A DNA stretch of 64,000 nucleotides from Kofleriaceae bacterium (GTDB lineage Bacteria; Myxococcota_A; Polyangia; Haliangiales; Haliangiaceae). The DNA lies in assembly GCA_046597055.1 (NCBI GenBank), contig JBKJLC010000101.1, positions 1 through 64,000 on the forward strand. The letters run 5' to 3'. The position numbers and the translations under genes were made by a program. Below the pieces are notes generated by a model that saw only the letters and a program-made list of their open reading frames with translations, searched no databases and was not told the origin of the DNA. Positions 49,483 to 58,198 of the stretch are shown here, piece by piece. Within the stretch, counting starts at the first letter, position 1; each line of letters opens with the position of its first letter.

Positions 49483-51005
49483 CGCAGCTCCAGGTCGGAC
49501 TCGAACCGGGGCGCGACCGAGGCATAGGTGGTGCCCCGGAAGACCACGCCGGTCAGCGCGTCGTACCGATCACCGACCCGGGGCCGCGGATCGTAGAGAC
49601 TCTGGTCGACGCGGACGGTCGCCGAGCCGCCGGCGCGATCATCCTGAGCCAGGTAGCTGTAGGCGTCGACCATCGCCTGCGAGACGCGCAGGGTGGAGGC
49701 CACGACCAGCACGCTCTCGAGCCGGGTGAGGTCGTCGACCGCGATGTCGATCGGCGTCGCCACCGGCTGGCCGCGGCCGGTCACCTGCAGGTCCTGGTAC
49801 TCGATCGTCGCCCGGGCGCCGATGACGTCGTACCGGCCGGTGACCGTGACCAGGTCGCCGATCGTCGGGGCAGCGGTGGGCGCGGTCCGGACATCGCGCA
49901 GGAACACGCCGGCGCCAGCGCCGCCCGCCGGGGCCTGGGCATAGAGATCGACCTGACCGGTGGCGGGATCGACGTAGTCGATCGCGGTGACGATCAGCGT
50001 CGCGAGGGTGACCTCGCTGCCCGGGGCGATCGAGCCGTCGTGGAGGCGATAGGGCGTGGGCGCGACCGCCGTGCCGGCCAGATCGGCCTGGCGCCGCGGG
50101 ACCAGCGCCACCGCGGGCTGACCGGCGTCGTCGACGAACGGAAACAGCGGGCCGGTGATCCGCGTGAAGACCTGGCCGGCCGACGGCTGGAGGTCGAACA
50201 GCAGGGTTTCGATCAGGAGCTTGGCGCCCTCGGGCTGGCTGACCGCGGCGACCTCCCAGGTGTACGCATCGACGGTCGGGTTGGTGACGACCACGTCGGT
50301 CACCGAGACCAGGCAGCCATCCCATCGGGTGGCGGCGAGCTCGGCGATCGGGACGGTGTCGACCGTCGGGGCCGCGGTCGCCGTGGTGGTGACCTCGGCG
50401 AGCTCGATCACCGAGCGACCGTTCCGCTCGCCGGTGACGCCGCGGACCCGGACCACGTCACCTTCCGCCACCGGCGGCGCGCCGGCGGCCCGACCGTCGA
50501 GCACGTAGATCCCGGAGTACGGACCGCCCCCGGGGTCCTGCATCCAGAAGTCGGTGAAGCCGGCGTCGGGGGCGATCGCGAACACCACACCCTCGGCCTC
50601 GATCGAGGTGGCCAGCGCCACCGCGCCGCGCTGGATGGTGGCGACCGTCACCGCGCGCCGCCCGGCGACGCTGAGCGCGAGCGAGGCGCTTGCCGCCTGG
50701 TACGCGCAGTTCACGGTGACCGCGCCCGCCGCCTGCGCAGTGAACACGTCGCCGGCCAGGGTGCCGATCGCGGCGTCGCCCGCGAGGTTGCAGCTGGCCA
50801 GCTCGGTGACCGTTGCCGAGCTGCCATCGTCGTAGATCGCGCGCACCACCAGGGTGACCGTCTGGCCGACCTCGGGCGCGGTGCTGCCGGTGGTGGCGAT
50901 GCTCAGGCCCACCACGGCATCGACGCTGGCGCAGCCGGCGACCAGCGCGAGCGCCGCGACGGCGACGCACCGGGGTGCGCAGAACGACGGGATGAGCACG
51001 TGCAT
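49479..51005 (-). CDS. lipoprotein with Ig-like domain and tandem OB-fold-like modules
   Basis: AGGAGG SD; lipobox VAGC; two copies of (FW/LY)xQ....G..G(I/V)(Y/F)...GD.V.V.G and of G......TG......PR...DL. Confidence 0.8.
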   Translation of the reverse strand: MHVLIPSFCAPRCVAVAALALVAGCASVDAVVGLSIATTGSTAPEVGQTVTLVVRAIYDDGSSATVTELASCNLAGDAAIGTLAGDVFTAQAAGAVTVNCAYQAASASLALSVAGRRAVTVATIQRGAVALATSIEAEGVVFAIAPDAGFTDFWMQDPGGGPYSGIYVLDGRAAGAPPVAEGDVVRVRGVTGERNGRSVIELAEVTTTATAAPTVDTVPIAELAATRWDGCLVSVTDVVVTNPTVDAYTWEVAAVSQPEGAKLLIETLLFDLQPSAGQVFTRITGPLFPFVDDAGQPAVALVPRRQADLAGTAVAPTPYRLHDGSIAPGSEVTLATLIVTAIDYVDPATGQVDLYAQAPAGGAGAGVFLRDVRTAPTAAPTIGDLVTVTGRYDVIGARATIEYQDLQVTGRGQPVATPIDIAVDDLTRLESVLVVASTLRVSQAMVDAYSYLAQDDRAGGSATVRVDQSLYDPRPRVGDRYDALTGVVFRGTTYASVAPRFESDLELR

Positions 51006-51059
51006 CGGAGCCTCCTGGGGGTCGGCATGCGATGCCGACTCACTAGGAGATGCCAGATC

Positions 51060-51105
51060 TGAAACTACAATGACAACACAAATCCTCGTGAAACAATAAC
51101 TTCAC
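51060..51105. promoter_or_regulatory. candidate RpiR operators
   Basis: AT-rich island with GTGAA-N8-TTCAC (51088-51105) and related TGAAACTACAATGACA (51060-51075). Confidence 0.55.
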
Positions 51106-51185
51106 CGGCGAGGGATCGCCCGATCGGGCGCGCCATCCCCGCCGATGAGCCGCCCGGCACCAGGGCAATCACGACGGCGCCGGCG

Positions 51186-52202
51186 TCAAGCCGGGAGGCC
51201 CATGACCCAGCCGGGGGCGCCGGGCGCGGCCCGGAGCGCGCCGGCCAGGTCCGCCGGGACGATCGCCCGCTCGGCCTCCCGCCGGCACGGCCCGGCGACC
51301 GCCACGAAGCCGGCCCGGTCATCGCGCCCCACCACCGTCCAGCCCGCGTCGGCCACCTCGCCGATCTCGAGCGCCACGAGCCGGGTCGAACCGACCGCGG
51401 TGATCTGGCTGGTCTGCGCCATCAGGTGGGGCCCGCCGTCGAACGGATCGATGCGACCGGCGTGGCGAAAGCCGACGTCGAGGAGCATCCGCTCGACCCC
51501 GCGGGTGTCGGGCCCGACCTGCCCGATCACCGCCTGGGCCGCGTCGGGTAGCAGGCAGGCGTAGATCGGCCCCTCGGGAAACAGGGCGCGGATGAACTCC
51601 TTGTCCTGCCGTGACCGCCGATCGGCCTCGGCGTAGGACAGCCCGGTGAAGCGACCGCCCAGGCTGTCCCACAGCAAGCTCGAGCCGTCGGCCTCGAACG
51701 GCGGCAACAGCTCGGCGAGCACCTGATCGCGGAACCAGGTCCGGTGAGCGGCGATGAAGAGGAACCGGACGTACGACAGCAGCTTGCCGGCCCGCCGACC
51801 GCCACCGCGGTACGCAGGCAGCAGGATCAGCCCGCCCAGCTCGGACGGGCCGTCGAACGTGTAGCCGATCCGCAGCACCTGGTGCGAGAACCGCCGGCCC
51901 AGCCCGGCCGAGCAGCGTTCCTCGGTGGTGACGTCGAACCACACGTGCGGTGCCTCGGGCGTGCCGTGCTGGGCGTGGATCATCGACGTGCCGACCACCC
52001 GGCCGCCCTCGGCGAGGTCGCACAGGACGAACACGTACTCGCGCGCGGCGGGCGGCAGCACCTCCGCGAACGAGCGCCGCGAGCGCTCGATCAGGGCGGC
52101 CAGGATCTCGCGGTCGGCCGGCAGGTTGACGCTGTCGAGGTGACGGGCCACCTGCAGCAGATCGTCGAGGTCGTGGGCACGGACATCGCGAACGACGAGC
52201 AT
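51186..52202 (-). CDS. astA: arginine N-succinyltransferase
   Basis: NLPAD...L...I.RS..SF, YVFVL.D..G.VVGTS.I, SELGGL.L.P.YR, GKLLS..RFLFI, SP/SLLWD.LG..F.GL.Y.EAD, P.GPIY..LL, IDPFDGGP. Confidence 0.9.
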   Translation of the reverse strand: MLVVRDVRAHDLDDLLQVARHLDSVNLPADREILAALIERSRRSFAEVLPPAAREYVFVLCDLAEGGRVVGTSMIHAQHGTPEAPHVWFDVTTEERCSAGLGRRFSHQVLRIGYTFDGPSELGGLILLPAYRGGGRRAGKLLSYVRFLFIAAHRTWFRDQVLAELLPPFEADGSSLLWDSLGGRFTGLSYAEADRRSRQDKEFIRALFPEGPIYACLLPDAAQAVIGQVGPDTRGVERMLLDVGFRHAGRIDPFDGGPHLMAQTSQITAVGSTRLVALEIGEVADAGWTVVGRDDRAGFVAVAGPCRREAERAIVPADLAGALRAAPGAPGWVMGLPA

Positions 52203-52276
52203 GGATTCTCCGGTCGACCCGTCGGCGCTTCGCCCGGGAGGCATTTTTGTATCACGACAGAAACCCGGAGAATATT

Positions 52277-53140
52277 CTACTTCACCATGATCTCGTCGGC
52301 GGCCGCCTCGGTGAGCGCGGCGACGTTGGCCAGCGCGCGCTTCTTGTCGGCCAGCGCGAGCTCGGTCACGATCGCGTTGAGCACCACCACCGCGCCCGAC
52401 ACCGAGTTGGTGTACAGCAGGTTGTCGGTGCGGGCGTAGACGGAGGCCTCGGCGAGCGCGCACAGCGGCGACCGCGCCGAGTCGGTGAGCGCGAGCACCG
52501 GCAGGCCGCGCCCGGCGGCGCGGCGGGCGGTATCCACGGTCCGGGTCGAGTACGGCGGGAACGCGATGGCCAGGACCACGGTCTTGGGCGGGAGCAGCTC
52601 GACCTGCTCGGCGAGGCCGAGCGCCTCGCGGGTCAGGAAGCTGGCGCGGCATCCGACCTGCGACAGCTGGTAGGCGGCGAGCCGGGCCAGGATCGAGCTG
52701 ACCCCGAGGCCGACCGCGACGGTCAACTCGGCCTTGCGCAGGCGACCGACGAACTTCTTGAGCTGGGTCGGATCGAGGTCCTCGACCGTGCGGTTGATGT
52801 TCTCGACCTCCTGTCGAGCGACCGCCACGGCGGTCTCGGACGGCTCGCCGGTCGGGCGGGCGAAGGCAAAGCGATCCTCGGGCCGCAACACCTTGGTCGC
52901 CTCTTCCATCAGCGCGGTGCGCAGCTCGAGGTAGCCACCGAAACCGAGGTCGCGCGAGAGCCGGACCATGGTCGCCTCCGACACCCTGGCGGCCCGGGCC
53001 AGCTCGTGGACCGACATCGAGAACGCGGTGCGGTGGTGCTCGATCAGGTAGTCGGCGGCCCGCCGCTTCTGCCCCGACAGGCTGTGGTACTGGCGCTCGA
53101 GGGTCTCGCGGACCGGGGGAGTAACGCGGGCGGCCTTCAC
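52277..53140 (-). CDS. MurR/RpiR family transcriptional regulator (HTH + SIS)
   Basis: LS......ADY, ELA....VSEATMVR....LGF.GY, G.G.S, F.PY, LTDS..SPL. Confidence 0.93.
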   Translation of the reverse strand: MKAARVTPPVRETLERQYHSLSGQKRRAADYLIEHHRTAFSMSVHELARAARVSEATMVRLSRDLGFGGYLELRTALMEEATKVLRPEDRFAFARPTGEPSETAVAVARQEVENINRTVEDLDPTQLKKFVGRLRKAELTVAVGLGVSSILARLAAYQLSQVGCRASFLTREALGLAEQVELLPPKTVVLAIAFPPYSTRTVDTARRAAGRGLPVLALTDSARSPLCALAEASVYARTDNLLYTNSVSGAVVVLNAIVTELALADKKRALANVAALTEAAADEIMVK

Positions 53141-53249
53141 GCCGGCAACATATCAGCCTGCCTGTGGACGCCCGCGCCCGCGGCCGCGGCGATCGTGCGC
53201 GCGGGTCCCTCGACCGACCCCGGCCAGGGGCATCATGGCTGGCGTCCGA

Positions 53250-53688
53250 TCAGAACTTGCCGACCACCGGGCGCGGACCGGCGTCGTCGAGCAGGTCGAC
53301 CGGGCTGCACTTGTCGATGTGGCCGAGCAGGTTGCGGTACAGGCCGAAGCCGCACAGCTTGCGCAGCCGCGGCTCGAAGCCGCGCGCGATCTCGAGCGGG
53401 ACGCCGAGCTGCTGGTTCTCCTGCTGGCGCATCCAGCCGGCGCAGTAGTTCATCGCGATGCCGGTGCGGCGGGTGTCGGTGCGGTTGGCGCCGCCGCCGT
53501 GCCAGAGGCTGCCGTTGAAGACCAGGACGCTGCCGCGACGCATCTCGGCGGCGACGGTCGGGTGGGCGACGCCGAGCTCGGGCGCGCGATCGGCCCGGTG
53601 GCTGCCCGGCACCAGCCGGGTGGCACCGTTGGCCTCGGTGAAGTCGGTGAGCGCCCACATGGTGTTGCAGATGATCGCGACGACGCAC
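53250..53688 (-). pseudogene. C-terminal fragment of phytanoyl-CoA dioxygenase family protein
   Basis: CNTMWALTDFTEANGATRLVPGSH, GSV..F.GSLWHGGGAN, YCAGW.RQQEN; N-terminal HxD part absent. Confidence 0.8.
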
Positions 53689-53988
53689 CGTCGACTCGAG
53701 GCGCCGACGGTCCGTGCGCGAATCGAACCGGGTGGATTCATGCCGGCGGCTGCGCCCAGGCGCGCGGTCGAGGCCGCCGGCCCGCAGCAGGCCGAGCGCC
53801 ATCGTGCTTCCGACACCGAGGTCGGACCGCCCACCCGATGGGCAGCGGCAACTTCGCCCGCGGCGCGCCGACAGCCCCCGGCAATGACCCGCCTACCAAT
53901 CCGCCCGTCCGCCTCGTCACACGTCCCTGCCATGGACTGCCACCCGAGCGGCCGCTCGCGCCGGCAGCCACCGCAGGCATCTCGGACC

Positions 53989-54774
53989 ATGCCAGCGCGC
54001 ACCGGCGCGTCGCCGGTTCACGGCCGCCTCGTCAACACCTTCGCCGCCGTCGCCATGCTAGCCGCGGGCGCGTCGGGGGCCGTCGCCCAGCCGAGTGCCT
54101 CGCCGGAGCCGCCGACGGCTCCGCCGGACGGCTCGTCCAGCGGAGCGGCCCCCGCGCCGGCCGCGAGTCCCGCAAGCCATGCCGCGGCCCCCGCGTCGCA
54201 GCCCACGAGCAGCGACGCCGGACTCGCGGCCGAGCTAGCCGCTGCCGAGCGACGCGCGGCGGAGGCCACAACCGATGAGGCAGCCGAGGCGGCCCTCGAG
54301 CCCGAGCGCAGCGGACTGACGTTCGAGGTCTCGGTGGGAGTCGGCGGCATCTACGTTGCTGTCGACAAGGCTGATGACTCCAGGCATCCGTCGCAGACCG
54401 GCATCAATGTTGGCGTCGGCGGCTTCGTCGAACCGCGCGCGGCCCTCGGGGTTCGCATCGCCAGCCTGTCGACCACCCAGCGCGACATCATGGGCACCGC
54501 GGTACGCACGACGACCGCGTTCGCCGGTCCGACCCTGCAGTACTGGGCCAGCGACCGCGTCTTCGTCGGGGTCGGGCTCGGCGTCGGCTTCGCCTACAGT
54601 GACCTTGCTGGCGTTGGCGGGGTGAAGGGACTCGCAGGCGATCTGCGCCTCGGCTACAACGTGCATCGCACGCGCAACCACGCCTTCTACGCAGCGGCCG
54701 AGGTCACCCCGGCCCTCTACGACACCAGCAAGCACGTCGGTGTCAGTCTTCAGCTCGGATGGCAGATGCTGTAG
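53989..54774 (+). CDS. secreted protein with small outer-membrane beta-barrel-like C-terminal domain
   Basis: Signal peptide, Pro/Ala linker, alternating hydrophobic strands ending LQLGWQML. Confidence 0.7.
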   Translation: MPARTGASPVHGRLVNTFAAVAMLAAGASGAVAQPSASPEPPTAPPDGSSSGAAPAPAASPASHAAAPASQPTSSDAGLAAELAAAERRAAEATTDEAAEAALEPERSGLTFEVSVGVGGIYVAVDKADDSRHPSQTGINVGVGGFVEPRAALGVRIASLSTTQRDIMGTAVRTTTAFAGPTLQYWASDRVFVGVGLGVGFAYSDLAGVGGVKGLAGDLRLGYNVHRTRNHAFYAAAEVTPALYDTSKHVGVSLQLGWQML

Positions 54775-54824
54775 CCGACTGCGATCGTGACGCTCACATG
54801 GGCGGCTGCCGGTCTCTACCGGGT

Positions 54825-56525
54825 ATGGTCAGCCGACAGCTGCTCGCGGAAAACGCCTACGAGGTCCCGGACGCCCCCCTGCCGCGGGCCCGGGCCGCGC
54901 CGGGCAAGACGTCGATGACGTCGAGGCTGGCGCCACGCCCGCAGCAGGTCGTGTTCCGGGTCGAGAGCGCCGAGGCCGCGGCGGTGTTCGCCGACCGCTT
55001 CGGACCGCGCGACGGCAACGGTGTCGCCGCGGGCGCCGGCGAGGTCGTGGCCCAGGCGGGCGCCAGCACCGGCGCGCCGTTGCCCCCCGGGGTGCGCGAG
55101 CGGTTCGAAGGCTCTCTCGGCGCCGACCTGTCCGCGGTGCGGGTCCACACCGGCCCCGCGTCGGCCGAGGCGGCCGGCGCGGTCGGCGCGCGCGCGTACA
55201 CCACCGGCGATGACATCCACTTCGGTGCCGGCCAGTACGCGCCGGAGGATCCGTTCGGGCTGCACCTGCTCGCGCACGAGGTCGCGCACACGGTGCAGCA
55301 GAGCGGCGGTCCGGCGACGACGCAGTTCAAGCTCGCGGTGTCGTCGCCCGGCGACGCTGCCGAGCTCGAGGCAGACCGCGCCGCCGACGCCATGATGACG
55401 GGTGCGCCGGCGCTCGGGATCACGAGCGTTGCCACCGGCGCGATGCGCAGCCCGCTGCCCGGCGCCGGCGGCGCCAAGCCCCCCGCCGTCTCCAGCGGTG
55501 GCTTCGCGGTCTCGAAGAAGTTCCCGCTGGGCAAGACCAAGCTCAGCGTGTTCGAGCTCGAGGGCGAGGGCACGATCGCGGCTGAATTCAAGCCGAAAGG
55601 CGTGGGCGGCGACGACAAGGGCGGCGCCACGGGCACGAGCCCGATCGAGATCAAGGGGGACACCGCGGCCGGCGGCGACAGCGCCAAGCTGGCAGCCGAG
55701 AAAGAGCTCGAGCTTGGCTGGTCGTTCAAGCCCAAGCTGGTCGGCGAGCTGGAGGTCGGCAAGGACGGCATCAAGGGCAAGGTCGGGGTGACCGCCGAGC
55801 GCAAGGGTCTCGACCTCGGCGCGCTCGAGCTGGGCGCCAACGAGTGGAGCATCGACCTCGCCAGCTGGGACGGGAAGGACGGCTTCAGGCTCGCGACCGC
55901 CGGCTGGAAGTGCAGCGCCAAGATCGCCGCTGGCTCGATGAAGGTCCACGGAAAGGACCACGACGTCACCGGGACCCTGAGCGTGGAGCTCAAGATGCAC
56001 CCGTGCTGGGAAGAGATCGCCAGGTTGATCGCCCAGCGAATCGCGACCATGTCCGCCGCGCAGCTGGCGGGCGCCGCCGGCGCCGCGGGCCTGCCCATCG
56101 CGGTATTCCTGGGCGGCCTGGTCATGTGGGCCAAGGCCGGCCACGAGTTCGACGCGGTCTCCGCGAAGATCGAGGGCACCGCCTCGGCCTGCCGGGCCGC
56201 GGCCGCCGAGGCGCTCAGCGGCGAGCACGCGGCCGTGATCCTCGGAGGCATCGACCTGGCCGCGGGTGTGGGCGACCTCGCCAAGGACATCCGAGCCAAG
56301 GTCGCCGCCGAGCTGAAGGTGCCCGAGGGCGCGCTGGCCCAGGTCGCGAAGGCCAAGCCCAACCTCCCGAACCTGATCTACGCCGCGGCGTGGAAGCAGA
56401 AGTGGCCACCGCTCAAGGCGGCCCTGCTCGCCCAGTGGCAGGACACGTTCTGGACCAGCTACAAGTTCGAGCGGCAGTGGCTGGAATCGTTCGAGAGGGG
56501 TCCGTTCGCGCCGCAGCACCTGTGA
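54825..56525 (+). CDS. DUF4157 (eCIS-core-type) protein with unknown C-terminal domain
   Basis: G.PLP..VR.RFE.SLGADLSAVRVH, GARAYT.G.DIHF..G.Y, LLAHEVAHTVQQ, E.EAD.AA. Confidence 0.9.
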   Translation: MVSRQLLAENAYEVPDAPLPRARAAPGKTSMTSRLAPRPQQVVFRVESAEAAAVFADRFGPRDGNGVAAGAGEVVAQAGASTGAPLPPGVRERFEGSLGADLSAVRVHTGPASAEAAGAVGARAYTTGDDIHFGAGQYAPEDPFGLHLLAHEVAHTVQQSGGPATTQFKLAVSSPGDAAELEADRAADAMMTGAPALGITSVATGAMRSPLPGAGGAKPPAVSSGGFAVSKKFPLGKTKLSVFELEGEGTIAAEFKPKGVGGDDKGGATGTSPIEIKGDTAAGGDSAKLAAEKELELGWSFKPKLVGELEVGKDGIKGKVGVTAERKGLDLGALELGANEWSIDLASWDGKDGFRLATAGWKCSAKIAAGSMKVHGKDHDVTGTLSVELKMHPCWEEIARLIAQRIATMSAAQLAGAAGAAGLPIAVFLGGLVMWAKAGHEFDAVSAKIEGTASACRAAAAEALSGEHAAVILGGIDLAAGVGDLAKDIRAKVAAELKVPEGALAQVAKAKPNLPNLIYAAAWKQKWPPLKAALLAQWQDTFWTSYKFERQWLESFERGPFAPQHL

Positions 56526-56656
56526 CGCGGTCGCGGCCGGGCCTGCGCACGCCGCGCGGGTCGGCTTCACGACCTCAGCATCGCGCGTACGGCGTCGGGC
56601 GGTCGGAGGAATCGAGCGAGCACGGCGCTTGCTACGTCATGCCGGCAAGAGGTTGC

Positions 56657-56824
56657 ATGTCCACCAAGCCAGCCGAGACCGCAGATACTTCCGAGCAGAT
56701 CAAGCGCGCCGAGCGTGCGCTGGAGCGCGTAGCGGCGCGCCCGCCCATCAAGAAGGACGATCCGGCGAGCGACCGGGCCGAGATGGAGGGCAGCGTGCTG
56801 CAGCCCCTGGCCCACTCGGACTGA
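56657..56824 (+). CDS. small hypothetical protein (55 aa)
   Basis: AAGAGG SD, ATG, coding-like codon bias. Confidence 0.45.
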   Translation: MSTKPAETADTSEQIKRAERALERVAARPPIKKDDPASDRAEMEGSVLQPLAHSD

Positions 56825-56898
56825 CGGGCCTGGACGCTGCGCGAGGCATGGCCCGAGCCGTCGCGATCGCCGGGTGGTCGTGCCAGGCTCCCCGGGCC

Positions 56899-57606
56899 AT
56901 GAAGATCGCCGCGCTCAGTCTCCTCGTCGGGTCCCAGATCGCCGGGTGCGCGCCGCCGTGCCGCGACGCGCGCTGCTCGAAGACGCCGGTCAACGAGTCC
57001 CAACGGCACGCCACCACCACGTCGGCGCCCGCGCCCGCGACGCCCGAACCGACGTCGGGCACCGCGACGGTCGCGCCCGCCGGCGAGGCACCGAAGGAGG
57101 TCCCGCCGGAGAAGGTGGTGGTCACCGATTCCGCCGCGATCGATCTGAAGCCGGCGGGCGAGTCGTTGCGGTCGCCGCTGGTCGTGCTGACCGCGCCCGC
57201 GATCGACGCGTCCGCGGACCTGAAGATCGACATCGCGATCGCCGACGCCGTCGACGTCTACGGGCGCGGGTACACGATCACCAACCAGGGTACCGAGGAG
57301 ATCAGCCTGTACCAGTGGGCGATCGAGGGGACCTCCGAGCGGCTGACCTCGACCAAGGATCGGGCGCTGACCCACCTCAAGCCCGGCGAGCAGCTGCGGC
57401 GGAGCGTGCGGCTGACCCGGACCGGGGCTGGGACGCAGGCCCAGGGCAGCTACCGGTTGATCCTCATGGCGTTCTACCGCGCGAAGTGGGGAGACCCGCG
57501 AACGCTGGTGCTGACCGACGCCGGCAAGCAGGTGGATGCGGTGTTTCGCGCAGTCGAGCGGCGGCTCGACGCGGCCTCGCTTCCGCCGCCGCCCGCGCCC
57601 AAGTGA
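56899..57606 (+). CDS. hypothetical lipoprotein
   Basis: MKIAALSLLVGSQIAGC lipobox-like; strong codon bias. Confidence 0.7.
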   Translation: MKIAALSLLVGSQIAGCAPPCRDARCSKTPVNESQRHATTTSAPAPATPEPTSGTATVAPAGEAPKEVPPEKVVVTDSAAIDLKPAGESLRSPLVVLTAPAIDASADLKIDIAIADAVDVYGRGYTITNQGTEEISLYQWAIEGTSERLTSTKDRALTHLKPGEQLRRSVRLTRTGAGTQAQGSYRLILMAFYRAKWGDPRTLVLTDAGKQVDAVFRAVERRLDAASLPPPPAPK

Positions 57607-57624
57607 TGCCTGGCGGGGTGCCCG

Positions 57625-58180
57625 CTACCGGGCGTCGGCGAACGACGCCATCAGGCCGCGATCGGAGCGGGCCCGCCCGGCCGCGACGTCCGCGTCGGCG
57701 GCGCGGACCGCGTCACCGCCGGAGTGGACACGTTCGCTGGTGAGCCAGGCCCGGCTGCCCGCGAGAAACGCGCGGAAGCCGGCGGCGATCGCCTCGCGCT
57801 GGCCCGGCTTGGTGCCGACCTGGGACGGGGCGAAGAAGCACTGCGGCTGGGGGCCGGTGGTGACCGGCGCGTCGGGCGCATCGTGGTGGCTGCGGCCGAT
57901 CCGCATCGAGTGGCGCACCCGGCCAGCCGGACGTGGACGCGCTCGAGCAGCGCGCCGTCGCCGGCCAGGTCGATCGCGACCACGCCCTGATCGGTGGGCA
58001 GCTCGTCGAGCCGGTCGTAGGTCAGGCCCTGCGCGTAGCCGCCGACGCCCTCGACGAACTCGAGGTTGCGCGCCGCGGTCAGCCCGATCACCTCGAGCCC
58101 GCGCGCCGCGGCGCGCTGGGCGACCGCGATGCCGGTCTTGCTCGACGCTGCCAGCACCAGCTCATCGCCGGCATCTTCAC
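57625..58180 (-). pseudogene. DUF2855-like protein, C-terminal fragment with frameshift
   Basis: AASSKTG, GLT...N..FV...G.Y...TYD, D.AG; then G.SH and FFAP in a second frame. Confidence 0.7.
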
Positions 58181-58198
58181 CCGCCGGTGCCGCGCCTG

